Assembly: GCA_010093995.1 (NCBI GenBank)
Contig: ML992504.1
Span: 1,330,885 to 1,394,884 of the forward strand
Direction of reading: 5' to 3'
Source of the DNA: Elsinoe ampelina
Taxonomy: Eukaryota
Length of the DNA stretch: 64,000 nt
Below are positions 11,729-23,772 of the stretch, one piece after another. The position numbers and the translations under genes are program-made. The notes beneath the pieces were generated by a model. That model saw only the letters and a list, made by a program, of their open reading frames with translations. It searched no databases and was not told the DNA's origin. Position 1 is the stretch's first letter. Each line of letters begins with the position of its first letter.

Positions 11729-12816
11729 ATGTCCGCAAAGTCAACAGCTGGGCCGGGGGGCAAGAAACCCGCTTCTGCGGCGACCAATCTCATAGGTATG
11801 CTGGACTACCACCACCGCGAGAATCGGACCACTGACGAGAAGACCAGCCGGAGGAGGTGCAGGAATGATGGAGGCGCTGGCATGCCATCCTCTAGACACA
11901 ATCAAAGTGCGCATGCAACTTTCAAGACGTGCGAGAGCACCAGGAGTGAGTGCCCCCGAACCAACACCACGCCTCTTGGCCATGAAGAACACCCACTGAC
12001 ACCGGCCAGCAAAAACGCCGCGGCTTCATCAAGACCGGCGTCGAGATCGTCAAGCGTGAAACTCCTCTCGGCCTGTACAAAGGCCTCGGCGCCGTCCTCA
12101 CCGGCATCGTACCCAAAATGGCCATCCGCTTCACCTCCTACGAATGGTACAAACAACTCCTCGCCAACTCGGACGGCACCATCGCCTCGAAAGGCACCTT
12201 CTTCGCCGGTCTCGCAGCAGGCGTGACCGAAGCCGTCGCCGTCGTCACCCCTATGGAAGTCATCAAGATCCGTCTGCAAGCGCAACACCACTCCATGGCC
12301 GATCCCTTGGACGTGCCCAAGTACCGCAACGCGGCGCACGCTCTGTACACTGTTGTCAAGGAAGAGGGTGTAGGCGCTTTGTATCGCGGAGTCAGTCTGA
12401 CTGCTCTCCGGCAGGGGACGAACCAGGCTGTCAACTTCACGGCTTACACGGAGCTGAAGGCGTACATCCAGTCGCGGCAGGTGGATCAGTCTGCTGCGTT
12501 GCCTAGCTGGCAGACCGCGGCGATTGGGTTGGTCAGTGGTGCTATGGGACCCATGTGCAATGCGCCTATCGATACGATCAAGACGCGGTTGCAGAAGACG
12601 CCGGCGCAACCAGGGGAGACGGCTGTGGGGAGGATCGTGAATATTGGGAACATGATGTGGAAGCAGGAAGGCGTGAGGGCCTTTTGGATGGGTATCACGC
12701 CTAGGATAATGAGGGTCGCGCCCGGGCAGGCGGTGACGTTTGCGGTGTATGAGTTCTTGAAGGGCGTTCTGGAAAAGGGTAGAGAGGTGATGGAAGGTGG
12801 GTCGTATGAAGAGTAG
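11729..12816 (+). CDS. SFC1: Mitochondrial succinate/fumarate carrier (Sfc1/Acr1)
   Basis: Exons 11729-11795, 11848-11945, 12010-12816 give NLIAGGGAGMMEALACHPLDTIKVRMQ, TPMEVIKIRLQAQHHSMADPLDVPKYRNA and APIDTIKTRLQK: three PxDxxKxRxQ carrier motifs. Confidence 0.92.
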
Positions 12817-13012
12817 AGTCCCGGATCACAAGAGCTGGAAATGGGGATTTGGGTGTGATATCTCTTGGTATGACAATGTCTATCTATCTTGCTAGACAGG
12901 ATACTGGGACCTGTCCTGCATACTCCAGTAGACAGCACAGCGCTTTGGCGACAAAATACTTTTCTTTATCCTTCATGCCTTCTTTCACACCTCACCCGCC
13001 TTTCTCACTCTC

Positions 13013-14065
13013 TCATCGACGTCCCGGCCTCTTCGGTCTCGCAAACCCCTTACTCTCCTCCTGCCTCGTCACAAACTCCGCCTTTATCGCCTCACCCCCA
13101 AAATCCTCCGGACTACTCCCCTCCAGCTTCTTCGCAATCACCACCCCCAACTCATTCTCCGCCATCTTAACCACCCCAGTCCGACTCGCGGCATACACCA
13201 TCCTCTCCTTAATCTTACTCCCACTGGGACAAGTATACAAGAACACCACCTTGACCTCCCCCTCCACCTCATACCCATAAAACGCATACCTCGGCTCCGT
13301 CGCACTGATAAACCCCTGCACCTCCCCGACCCCAACCCCATCCTCCACCTTGTCCACCTCCAGCGTCTCCCGCCCAACATCCACCCTCACCACCAACAAC
13401 CTCCCCGCCCGTCCCCCTCCCTCCCCTACCCCCCTCACAGCCCCCTCCACCCCCTCCCCCCTCCCCAACCCCTTCGTCCCCATCGACCCCCTCCCCCCTC
13501 CTCCCCCCAACATCCCCCCCATCTCCCTCCCCCTCATGCCAGACCCCTCCAACATCTCCGCCTCCCTGACCCCCTCACTCACCCTCTCCTCCTCCGTGAG
13601 CGGATTGTCAATCTTCTTGTGCGCCTCGTGCCTCGCCCACCCCTCCGGACTGCACTCCTCGGCCGTCGTGGCGAAGATACTCTCCCCGAACCTCTCGAGG
13701 CCCAGTTCGCGCACGAGCGTCAGCCGCGTCGACGCGAAGAGCATTTTCTGGCGCACGGGCGCCGCGTCGGGGACGTAGGTGATTGCGAGGAAGGAGGGGG
13801 TGGTGGTGCTGCTGGTGGTGGTGGTGGTGGTGGTGCCGGTGGATGATTGGGAGGTTTTGGCGAGGATGTACAGGGGCGTGGTCGGGGTGAGGTGCGGGGT
13901 GAGGAGGGAGAGGGAGGCTGGGAAGGGGGTCGGGGAGGAGAGGGTCTCGAGGGGGACGAGCGTTTCTGAGGTGATGGTGGCGAGGAGGAGGGATTGTGAG
14001 GGGTCGGAGACGAGCGTGTTGAAGGCGGATTTGAGGTCTTGGGACGCTTTGATGCCGGATTGCAT
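13013..14065 (-). CDS. TWF1: Twinfilin (two ADF-H domains plus C-terminal tail)
   Basis: MQSGIKAS start, YVPDAAPVRQKMLFASTRLTLVRELG, FLYTCPSGSKIKERMVYAAS, and the C-terminal GFARPKRPGRR capping-protein-binding tail. Confidence 0.92.
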   Translation of the reverse strand: MQSGIKASQDLKSAFNTLVSDPSQSLLLATITSETLVPLETLSSPTPFPASLSLLTPHLTPTTPLYILAKTSQSSTGTTTTTTTSSTTTPSFLAITYVPDAAPVRQKMLFASTRLTLVRELGLERFGESIFATTAEECSPEGWARHEAHKKIDNPLTEEERVSEGVREAEMLEGSGMRGREMGGMLGGGGGRGSMGTKGLGRGEGVEGAVRGVGEGGGRAGRLLVVRVDVGRETLEVDKVEDGVGVGEVQGFISATEPRYAFYGYEVEGEVKVVFLYTCPSGSKIKERMVYAASRTGVVKMAENELGVVIAKKLEGSSPEDFGGEAIKAEFVTRQEESKGFARPKRPGRR

Positions 14066-14532
14066 GGTGGTGGAGTTGTGGGTTGGTGTTTGGGTGAGGT
14101 TGGGGCGGCCAATGCCTGGGTGGAATTGAGATGACGAGACTCTAGTAGGTGGGAGGTCGAGTGGTTTATATGTGTTTGAGTAGTAAGGGCATTGGATGAG
14201 GTGACTATGGTGAAATGTAACAAACACTGTCGATGTCATGTTGAAAGCTCCGGCTTGGCGTTGCGTTGCTCTATTTCTCAGGCATTCACTTCGGACACAT
14301 TCAGCACGGCACAATGAGACATAATCGGGGGGACATATTCATCCGCTACGGCTGGAGCGACAAGATTGAAAACAGGCAGCAGAAATGTAACAAAGTTAAG
14401 ATACAACTTCATTCGGGTATACGGGTATCATAACATCATGCCTTCTTAAAACCCGCAGGTATGGAGGCGATGCCGCGCCATCTCCAATACCACGTCTGCC
14501 GGAACGCCGTCGCTAAGAACAAATCCAAGTCA

Positions 14533-16468
14533 TCAAGAGCCTAGTGCATCGACGGCCTTCTGGACCTCGTCTGCAGCCAGCTTTTGAAGCCTATTCCTAG
14601 AGTCGTAATCCGCCAAATCATTGGCATCATCAATTTGTTCATAAAGTAGACGTGACACGTCACGGTTGATGTCCGTGTATTGATCCTTGGTGATCTCCTG
14701 GTCTCTGTAGCGAGATCCGAGAGCGCTTTTCACCATACGCTGGACCTCAGCTTTCGTGGAATATGATAAGCGTGTAGGAGATTGCGGTGAATGTTCGCGA
14801 GAGGGAGACTGCTGACGAGACGCGCGTCCCCTGGCATGTCGACGAGAACGAGACCCGGACTCGTCAACAGGCGAGAATGGAGAAAAGGCGATGGGTGGTG
14901 ACATTGGAGGTCGGACGTATGACGACAAAGGTGTAACGGCAGGTCGCGGGAGTAACAGCGGCGGCGGTGTCACGGATCCACCACGAGGACTTGCATGGTT
15001 TGACGTAACAGGTGACCAGTCTGGCGAAGACATTGGACCGGCAGATGTTTGGTCATCAGGTTGAGCAGTAGTTGGTGATGTTGGATCACTCGCTGCAGTT
15101 CTACGTTCGACTTCTTGTAGTAGAGACGAAAGGAAGCCGGGTTGTCGGGTTTGAGCCTGTGTCGAGGATTCTGGAAGTGGTCGTGGATTGCTAGGAACGC
15201 CAGACAGGGCACGCATAGCTTGGGTACGTGGCCTTTTCAACTTTCGGTCCTGTGCAGCTTCGGGTTCTTGTGGCGAAGCAGGAGATGCTGTCGCTTTCCT
15301 CTTACGCCTAGTCGGAAGATCATTCGATGCATCCCTTGCCTTCTCGAAAGCATTCCAAGCACGTATCTCTTCCTGTGACTCGGCTGGTTCCTCGCGATTC
15401 AAGAGCGCCGGCGCCGCTGCCTTGAAGCGACTTGCAGCACCCTGGTGATTTGCGACGCGCAGACGTCTTTCCCAAGCGGTGAAGTCGCGTCGCTGAGCAG
15501 GGGTGCGTCTAGCTTCAGCGGGTTCTTCGTCGAATGGAAAGTCGAGATCCAGATTCAACCTGTCCCACACGGTCTGCCATACACGAGCCCAGTCAGAGTT
15601 CGGCTGTCGCTGGTGACGGCGAGAGATCCTTCGGGTCTCGTTCGTCCTTCTTGAGCGTGTGTTGCCGTGCTCTTGACCACCAGCCATGGGAAGAATGCCG
15701 CCTGCGTCCAACCTATGGCAGCAGTCGCGGCAGTAGTATATGTCGGCAGGCTCTTCATCGTCCCCAGCACAAAAGATGTGGACAGCGCGGTCGCACCCAT
15801 CACAGTACATGAGTTCATGCTCATCGTTGATAGTTCCGCATATGATGCAAAGCCCATCTTCCTCGAACAGACTTTGGTCGTGTACTGGTACTGTGTCTAC
15901 TTCTGCTTGTTGTTGTTTGTCTTGAACTGCGTATGAAGTCACGGTCGGGCCGTCGATGTAGTCCTTGACTTCGACCTCGTTGAAAGTCGATCTGCATATA
16001 GGACAGCTGTTGGCGCGCTCAACCCAAGGTTTGAGACATTCGTCGTGAAGATCATGTTTGCAGGGCAGGAGGTGGGCTATGCGTTCAGAGTCGGTAATGG
16101 CTTTGCCGGAAGTTCTGCAACATAGTCAGCTAAGGTGTCTTCATCCGTCTTGTGTGTCCAAGAAGCGAGGATCTATCAAGGCTACGCCAAGGCATGAGCA
16201 AGTGAGTCCTCACCTCAAAGCCCCATCAGGCCGGGACCTTGTTCGACAAGGGTTTGTTTGACCAGGACCAAGAGGATAGACGACGGACAGCGATGCGCCT
16301 GCATGCTCATGCAAAAGGGAGGATGGTCGTGGAGGGGTACCTTGTTTGTATCTGGTGGCGCGGCGAGGAAGCACGGCTTCCAGGACTGGATGGTTCGTCG
16401 TTGTCTTCGGGTTTGTTGGTTCGTAGGTTGCCTAAACAGACAATACAATCTTCTGCCATGTCTGGCAT
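14533..16468 (-). CDS. RING-H2 plus PHD finger protein (Asr1/PHRF1-like) with C-terminal SRI-like region
   Basis: Exon 1 CIVCLGNL; intron 16340..16115; exon 2 IAHLLPCKHDLHDECLKPWVERANSCPICR (RING) and CIICG...LMYCDGCDRAVHIFC...YYCRDC (PHD); C-terminal ITKDQYTDINRDVSRLLY. Confidence 0.88.
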
Positions 16469-17135
16469 TTCGGCCACGAGGCCTTGCACCTAGCGAAACT
16501 CTCTGTGTGGCTTTGAAGATCGTCTTTGAATAAAAGCGGCGAGCAAGACGGAAGGGCAGCTCGCTCTATATAGGCCCGGGGCGGGGCGCTTGGACCATGG
16601 CTTCCTCACGTGTGGAAGCCGCAAACCTTAAAACTCGATGGGTAGCGGGCTTGCTTCCCTCTGAATGACCAATGTCGAGTCAAACATTCTCAGAAGGTCA
16701 GCCGAACATTCATTGAGCACAAAACAACACTATCGCCATTTTAGACATTCTACGGCAAAGCGAAGTGTGGCGATACGTCACGTTTTGAGTTGGAGGGCCT
16801 AGCATGTCTTCCTGTACATTCCGCGAGTCACCTCGCAGCCTCGATTATTCAAGGAGTGCCTGCGAGTATGGCTGGAATGGCCCAATGTCCATGCCGATAT
16901 CGCATTCGGACCAAAGTTCTGTCCGATGGGAAGAACATCCAGGTTGTTGCAGTTGCCGACGAAGTCATCAATGATAGTGCGTCGTACACGGATTGTGTCT
17001 TGAGAAGATTTTGTCATTTCGAGTGTGTCTTCCGACTATCTCGCATGTTGCGTCCCTTTTGACAACGCCAGATCCGCAGCTTTCGAATCGTAAAAGTGCC
17101 TCTTCTATGCCATGACCTTCGTTCCTAAACCCACT

Positions 17136-17537
17136 CTAAACCTCGGCGATTTCCCTCAGACGGCGGATGGTCGATCGGGTTGCGGCGGCAGCAGGAGTGC
17201 TGGTGATTTGTTAGATATTGTCATGTCGTTCTCGTTCCCATCTCCACGTACGAAAGGTTGTAAGCACCACCAGCCACAGTCTTGTTGCATGACTTGCAGT
17301 TCCAGATACCGACAGAGTGACGCTTGACAGTGGGCTTTCCGCAGAATGAGCAGGTGTATCGGGCGTGCTGGCTGATTTCCATCTTCTTCACCTGCTTACG
17401 CAGGGAGGCACCGTAGCTTTATGGTCATTAGTTCGTGGTTCTTCTGCCGGACGGCGACAATTGTCTGTTTGCCAGAGGGATGCGTACCGGGTACCGTATT
17501 TACCGGTGATGCCGACCTTCTTTGTGCGCTTCGACAT
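17136..17537 (-). CDS. RPL43: 60S ribosomal protein eL43 (L37a)
   Basis: Exons 17537-17488, 17416-17252, 17199-17136 give [44 protein letters not shown]...WNCKSC...[12 protein letters not shown]. Confidence 0.97.
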
Positions 17538-18009
17538 TGTGACTGGTGTGATGTGTGGATTGTCAAAAGTTGTCGTCCGAAGCGTTTTGGACAAAGTGAG
17601 GATTTTGGAATCGGGTGTGGGCTCGGGAGTCTCCGCACGCTAGTTCCGTTTCAGCACAAGTGGATCTTTGCTTCAGCAATGCGATTTCTGACAACACTCT
17701 TCCTCTCTGCACCCTCGCTCTCAAAATGATCAATTAGGGTATGTGTTGATAGAGCTTATCAAGCCGCCTTGATTCCAAGCGTCGTCCAGCCGATATGGCG
17801 TCCTGGTGTCGCATTTCTGCGCACCGCGGTAAGATCACGAAACTCTACTTCTGGTGTTGTCGGGTCGCAAGCGAGCTCGCTTTTTTAGCTCGTGCTCTTC
17901 TCTCTTCTTGAACTTCAGTGATATAAGTGATTATCATTAACCTTCCTCGTTTTCTACTGTGAGACAGTCAACAGCGACAGAGAGCAATTGCACTTGTCAG
18001 TCACCCGCC

Positions 18010-19466
18010 ATGTCACAAGGTCAACGCCAGTATGACCTGGTAGTATTCGGCGCCACAGGTTTCACTGGGAAGTACACTGCTGAGCATGTGGCAACCGACT
18101 TGCCTACCGATGTCAAATGGGCGATCGCCGGGCGTTCGACGAGCAAGCTTCAAGCTCTTGTCGATGAGCTTAAGCAATTGAACCCCGACCGTCCAAGTCC
18201 AGGTAAGCCATTGCAGTCGGCCATCGCCACGCCAGCTGACAAGGACCAGCCATTGAAGAATGCAGCTTAGACAAGCAACAGCTTGATACTTTGGCGAAGA
18301 AGACCCGAGTTTTGCTTACGACAGTTGGCCCATACGCAAAATATGGCACGCCAGTCCTGGAGGCTTGCGTGAACAATGGGACGCACTACTTTGATGTGTT
18401 GGTCATGCCAGAACGGCACCAAATACCCACGCTGACACTACTCAAAGCACTGGAGAGACTCCTTGGGTGTATGACATGATCGATAAGTACCACGAGAAGG
18501 CCAAAGCCAACCACGCTATCGTACATAATGCCTTGTCCGACTGTGGGATTGACACTAATAGCCATCCAGATCATCCCCCAGATTGGCATGGACTCGGCCC
18601 CCGCCGACCTCCTGACATGGTCGCTAGTCACTCATGTTCAGCGAACTCTCTCCAAAACGACCAAGCAAGTCATCTTTACGCTGCACAAAGCCCGATCCAA
18701 ACCGTCCGGCGGCACTCTTGCCTCTTTGCTTGGTCTCTTCGACACTTACAGCCTCTCCTTCGTTGGTAAAGCACTGAAACCATGGGCACTCTCTCCAGTC
18801 TCTCCTGTGAAGACTCAAGGCCGCAGCGTCTCTCCATCGCTCATTCAGAAAGTCACTGGCGTTCGCTCCGTGCCTGACCTTGGCACCCTAACTACCAGCC
18901 TCCAAGGCGCCGTAGACCGCACCCAGGTCTACCGCACCTGGGGCCTCCTTGATTCCGGCAAATTCTACGGATCATCCTTCCGCTTCTTTCCCTACATGAC
19001 CGCCCGTAACGTCTTCGTTGGCATGCTCACGCACTTTGCCATTGCCTTTGGCGGGTTGGCTCTACTGCTCTCGCCCCTTCGCGCTATTCTCAAGCGATTC
19101 GTCTACGCCCCCGGAGATGGCCCTACTCGGGAGTAAGCTCTACTACCACTATCCATACTCACTGATACCCTCTGACGATATCGCAGTGAAAGCAAGCATG
19201 ACTACATCGAATATCGCGCCATCGCTGAAGCCGACTCCCCCGACCCCTCCGACCCGAAGCGCGTCTTCGGCCGCTTCGCCTTCGAAGGCAGCGCGTACCA
19301 TATGACCGGCGTCTTTCTCGCGCAAGCAGCCATCTCGCTTCTCCGGGACGAAAGCCTGGCCAAAGAGCTCGGCGGCGGCGTCTTGACTCCCGCAACGCTT
19401 GGTGCAGGGTACATTGAGCGGCTGCAGAAAGTGGGTTTCAAGCTGGAATTGCGCACTTTGCCTTGA
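18010..19466 (+). CDS. Saccharopine dehydrogenase-like oxidoreductase (SCCPDH family), multi-exon
   Basis: YDLVVFGATGFTGKYTAE, KWAIAGRS, TVGPYAKYGTPVLEAC..NGTHYFD, G.DSAPADL, GGGVLTPATLG; several short GT-AG introns. Confidence 0.88.
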
Positions 19467-19678
19467 GTATTATATGTGTATCTTGTGTTGCTCGAGTGTG
19501 ATGCCCAGCATCCTACCCAAGCGGGAAATGCAGTATAGTCTATGTACATCTATCGATATTATAACACGTTCTCGTTCCTCCTGAATTGCCTGTATCGTCG
19601 AACCGCTCTCTCCCTTTCACCCTTGTCATCCCCGCAAGAATACCCTTCTCACATGCTAATCCTGGAGCCAAAGTCGAC

Positions 19679-21076
19679 CTAGACACCCGGCGTGCCCACC
19701 GCTCCCTTCCCAGCAATCCCCCTCCACCACCCCAAGGCCCCCAACCCCAACACCGCAAGTCCCAAATACACAACCACCATGACCAACCGACTACTCTTCA
19801 ACGGCCCCTGGGAAACATACAATCTCGCCTCGGCCGCCAACCCCTGCAACTTCTCCGCGCCCAGCTTATAATACACCAACCCGGCCAGCGAGATGGAGTA
19901 ACCAAAATACTGCTGGGCGGTGACGGGATCGCCAAAAATGACCAGGCTCGACACGACGAGGAGGATATCCTTCAGCACACCGCAGAGCGTGAGGACCACG
20001 GCCGAAGTCTTGCCGATGAGCAGCACGACGGAAATGTTCAGCAAGAAGGCGACGAAAGCGTTTGCGACGAGGGTCGAGATGCCGAGGGTGAGGATGCGGT
20101 CGAGGGACATGCGCGGCATTTCGATGAAGAGGGTGAAGAAGGCGTTGATGGCGGCGCAGGCGGGGGCGAAGTAGTAGACGGATACGAGGGGGTCCATTTT
20201 GAAGTCTCCTGAGAGGAGGCGTTGGACCATGACGAGGCGGACGGCTTCGGCTATCACGCCTGCTACTTGGACTGTACGATTCGTCAGCATCGGGGGGTAA
20301 AGGGGGGGGGTTGGGAGAGGGGGAAAGTACCGATGAATCCAAGGGTGTGGAACTTCAGCTCGCCGAACGAAGCGATGACGATTCCGATCACGATTACGAG
20401 AACGTTGAGCATTTTCTTGCTGTCCGGGGAGGCCATGCCGAAGAACCAGGTCGCGGCGAGGGTGGCGGCTACGTTGGTTGCTTTGAGCATTTGGATGAAG
20501 GACACGGAGAGGTAGAGGTATGCGAGATTGCCGCAGATGAGGCTGAGGGAGAAGACGGCGCCGATGGGGACAATGGCTTTCCTGCCGGGTATCAGTATGG
20601 ATGGAGGGGGGTTAAGGAGGGGGCTTACATGTATGTAGCCCTGTCCATGGGGACGCTGTGGCGCGAGTCGAGGACTGTGGTTGTTCGTGCCAGGATTTGG
20701 GTCATGATGGTGGCGAATACCATGTGCCATGTTGTCAAGAAGAGAGCTTGGTCACGTTAGTTGAGTTCTCGTCGCGTTCCTGATCATGCTTACGGAAATC
20801 TACCAATCAGTCAGTATGCAGTCTGGTCGATGTAGACTCTTCTCCATGCTCACCAAACTTTGCCGTCGAAAGCACCCATTTGTTGAACAGAATGACACTG
20901 CCACTCAACGAGATCCAGAGACTGCTTTTCCATCAGCGCCGTCAAGATCTCGACATCACTGTCCCGTACATGACATAAAACGCGGCCGGTATGCGATCCA
21001 TCAACGACTTTGACTGTACTCCACCCTTCTCCAGAGTCCGCGCGTCGGCAGTCGCGTCATTTGTGGTAGAACTCAT
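19679..21076 (-). CDS. Triose-phosphate/nucleotide-sugar transporter family (DMT/TPT), multi-exon
   Basis: PAAFYVI|WISLSGSVILFNKWVL, FSLSLICGNLAYLYLSVSFIQMLKA, MDPLVSVYYFAPAC, LIGKTSAVVLTLCGVLKDILL. Confidence 0.88.
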
Positions 21077-21517
21077 GGCTGCGGTATATGACAACACAAC
21101 AACAGACGAGATGAAGGAGTGACAAAGACAGAAACGACGAACGAGAGACGGGAGGCAAATGTACAGGGGAGGAATATTGTCGAGGGCGCGGAAAATTGCA
21201 GCTCAAATGATTGACCATGATCATGCAGATCCCAAGTTAGCAAGGGACGCCGCACGCCGGACATTGGACATTTTTGGGGCACGCTATTGGGTCGTTTCAG
21301 AAATTTATCAGGGACGTGAAACGAAGCCTTGGCTTGGTCTTTTCGTGTCAGCCAGCACCCGGGAACGTCCGCGATATAATTTTGAGAACAGGACTTGTTC
21401 ATGTGTGTTGCATTTTTCGCAGGTTGAGCAGAGAGTCGCATACTAGCATACAGGAAAGCACCATCAACAGGAATCGACAGAGTGGGGTCCTATCCATATC
21501 TCAGGAGAAGAAGCCAT

Positions 21518-22888
21518 CTACTCGTCATCAGACTCCTCGTCACTCTCAGCAGTCTCCAACCACTCGATGAACTTCTCGGCGCTCTTGCGCACCTTCTTGC
21601 TGGTGGAGATGTCGACGTACTTCTTGCTGGCCTTGGTACCCCAGGCCTTGAGAGTGTCCTCGGCGATCAGGTCGAATTGGTAGTACTTCATGAGGATGGC
21701 AGAGACTTGACCGATGAGATCGGGCTTGTCTTGGCCGACGAATCGCTCAGTACCGCCGAGAAGTGCCTTCTCGTGACGCTCAGAGGTGATCATCTTCTTG
21801 AGCATGGCAGCGCGTGGCTCAATCTGCTTGACGATGTTCTCATCGAAGATGGTCTGAGCGAGGACGGCCAGAGTTTTGTGCTTGGTCTCGATGTGGAGCT
21901 CCTTCGCCTTGAGAAAAATGTCGACGTCGCTGACCTTTGAGACACCGCCCTTCTCAGCAGCGGTCTCCTCGATCCACTTGCCAAGAGTCTCGTAGGGACT
22001 GCCAGCACCTTCTCCATCCTCGTCCTCCTCATCGATCAGAGTGGTACGCTTGAGATCATCGGGCAACTCCTTTGCGCGAGCCTTGACTGCGGCTTCAGAG
22101 GTGTCGACTGTCCATTCGATTTCCTTCTCCTGCTCTGGCTCGTTGAGCTCTTTCGCCTCTGCGTTGATGCGCTTGAACAGTTCATCGTCACTGGCATTGG
22201 CGTCATCGTCGTCGCCGTTCTCGTCGGCATGATCCGAGTTGCTGTCACCGGGGCTGTGCTGGCCATTACCATTGTAGTCTTCTCCGTTGCGTTCAGCTTC
22301 CTTGCGAGCCTTGCGTTCGGCCTTTTTGGTGGACTTGTCCTTCTTTCCCTTCTTGGGAGCATTCTTGATGATGAAGCCGGAGAGCTTGTGACGAAGATCT
22401 ACATCGGTGCGCTGACCGCAAGCTTTGCAGTCGAGGATGATATGGCCATCCTTGATATTGACAACAGTCTCGGGGTTCTTGCAGTCCTTGCAGAGAACGA
22501 ACTTGGAGATGAAACCATCCAAGTAGTCCTGGAGCTTGCTGGCGTCATGGGCTCCGTTAATAATCCAGCGGTCGTCCTTGGGATCGATGTTGGTCTGCGC
22601 ACCCAATTCGAAACCAAAGTATTTGATGACGTCTACAGATGTGAGACTCTGTCAGGATGCTACAAAGGGAGAAACACTTACAAGAAGGCGGACGGGCGAG
22701 TTGCTGAGCAACATTGCTCAGGTTGACCACGACAGTCTTGATACCATTCCCTTTGCCCTCGACTTTGGACTGGAGCTTCTCCATCTTGTAGCGGTAAAAG
22801 GGGTCAGTGACATCCTGTGCTATGTTAGCACGAGTCTCTGATCGGGTCGATCTGTTTCACCTACCCTACGAATGTTGACGTTGGCCAT
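21518..22888 (-). CDS. TIF5: Translation initiation factor eIF5
   Basis: [53 protein letters not shown] zinc ribbon, C-terminal W2 domain ending [17 protein letters not shown]; two introns. Confidence 0.97.
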
Positions 22889-22931
22889 GATTGCGGTAAT
22901 GAAATTTTTGTCCTAGGAGACGAGAATGTGT

Positions 22932-22988
22932 CTATAGCTGAATACAGGGATGAAACCGAAAGACTCCTGCCGAAAGTGCCACCGACAT
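22932..22988 (-). promoter_or_regulatory. uORF2 in the eIF5 5' leader (18 aa), poor AUG context
   Basis: TGC-ATG-T context (U at -3, U at +4); MSVALSAGVFRFHPCIQL*. Confidence 0.65.
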
Positions 22989-23054
22989 GCAGTAACACAC
23001 GACCTTTGTTATAGGCGATTAAAATCTCTTCAGGGCTGCTATTGCGCAGGTATA

Positions 23055-23159
23055 TCAACCGTTTGTGCTATGGTGGATGTGACAAGGTCTCCGCGATATG
23101 CGAAGGGATTGCAGCTTGGGCGGCGGGGCGACTGCGAGATCGTGAGAGTAGGGATACAT
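23055..23159 (-). promoter_or_regulatory. uORF1 in the eIF5 5' leader (34 aa), poor AUG context
   Basis: TTT-ATG-T context; MYPYSHDLAVAPPPKLQSLRISRRPCHIHHSTNG*. Confidence 0.7.
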
Positions 23160-23772
23160 AAACACCGCGCTGTTGTCGATGCCGTGAATGTAACTGTGAG
23201 GTGTAGGCTCCTTGGTGCGAACCGAGTGTGTAGGGGGCGGACGACCGTATTTTGTCTCGGTAGTCCGTGGACGCGTGTTTGTGTGTGTTTGGCTGGGTTC
23301 TGCTCGTCTGCTGCTGCAGATGGGTGGAAGTTGTCCTTGAGAGTGGTTGTCTGGGAGGAGAGAGGAGAAGTCCGTGTGGTGAGACGGAAGTCAAAGAGGA
23401 AGATCTGCGCACTCAAAAATCTGTTCTTTGGCCCGCCGGCCGCGTCGCACGTGCTGGGCAATGGTTGGCTCAAAGTCCGGAGCATGCGGGGCTAGCATCG
23501 GCAAAACTTTGCCCGTCCTTCCTCCAGAACTTTGTTGAACCGCAAATGCCGTCTCTAGGCAAGCTTGAGCGTCGGGTCTTGTAGTACACGCATCGCGAAG
23601 CCTGTGATCAAGGTAAGGACCTGTAACAGCTGTATATCGGTAAGTGAATATCTTTGCCATCGTGTCTGCGAGCACCCTTTCTGAAACAAGGAGGCCTCTC
23701 TAGGACGGAACGTGTCTCTTTCCGCTTTCAGCCCTGTCAGGAGTGTCCGGAGTAGCCTCAAGAGCGGCACAA

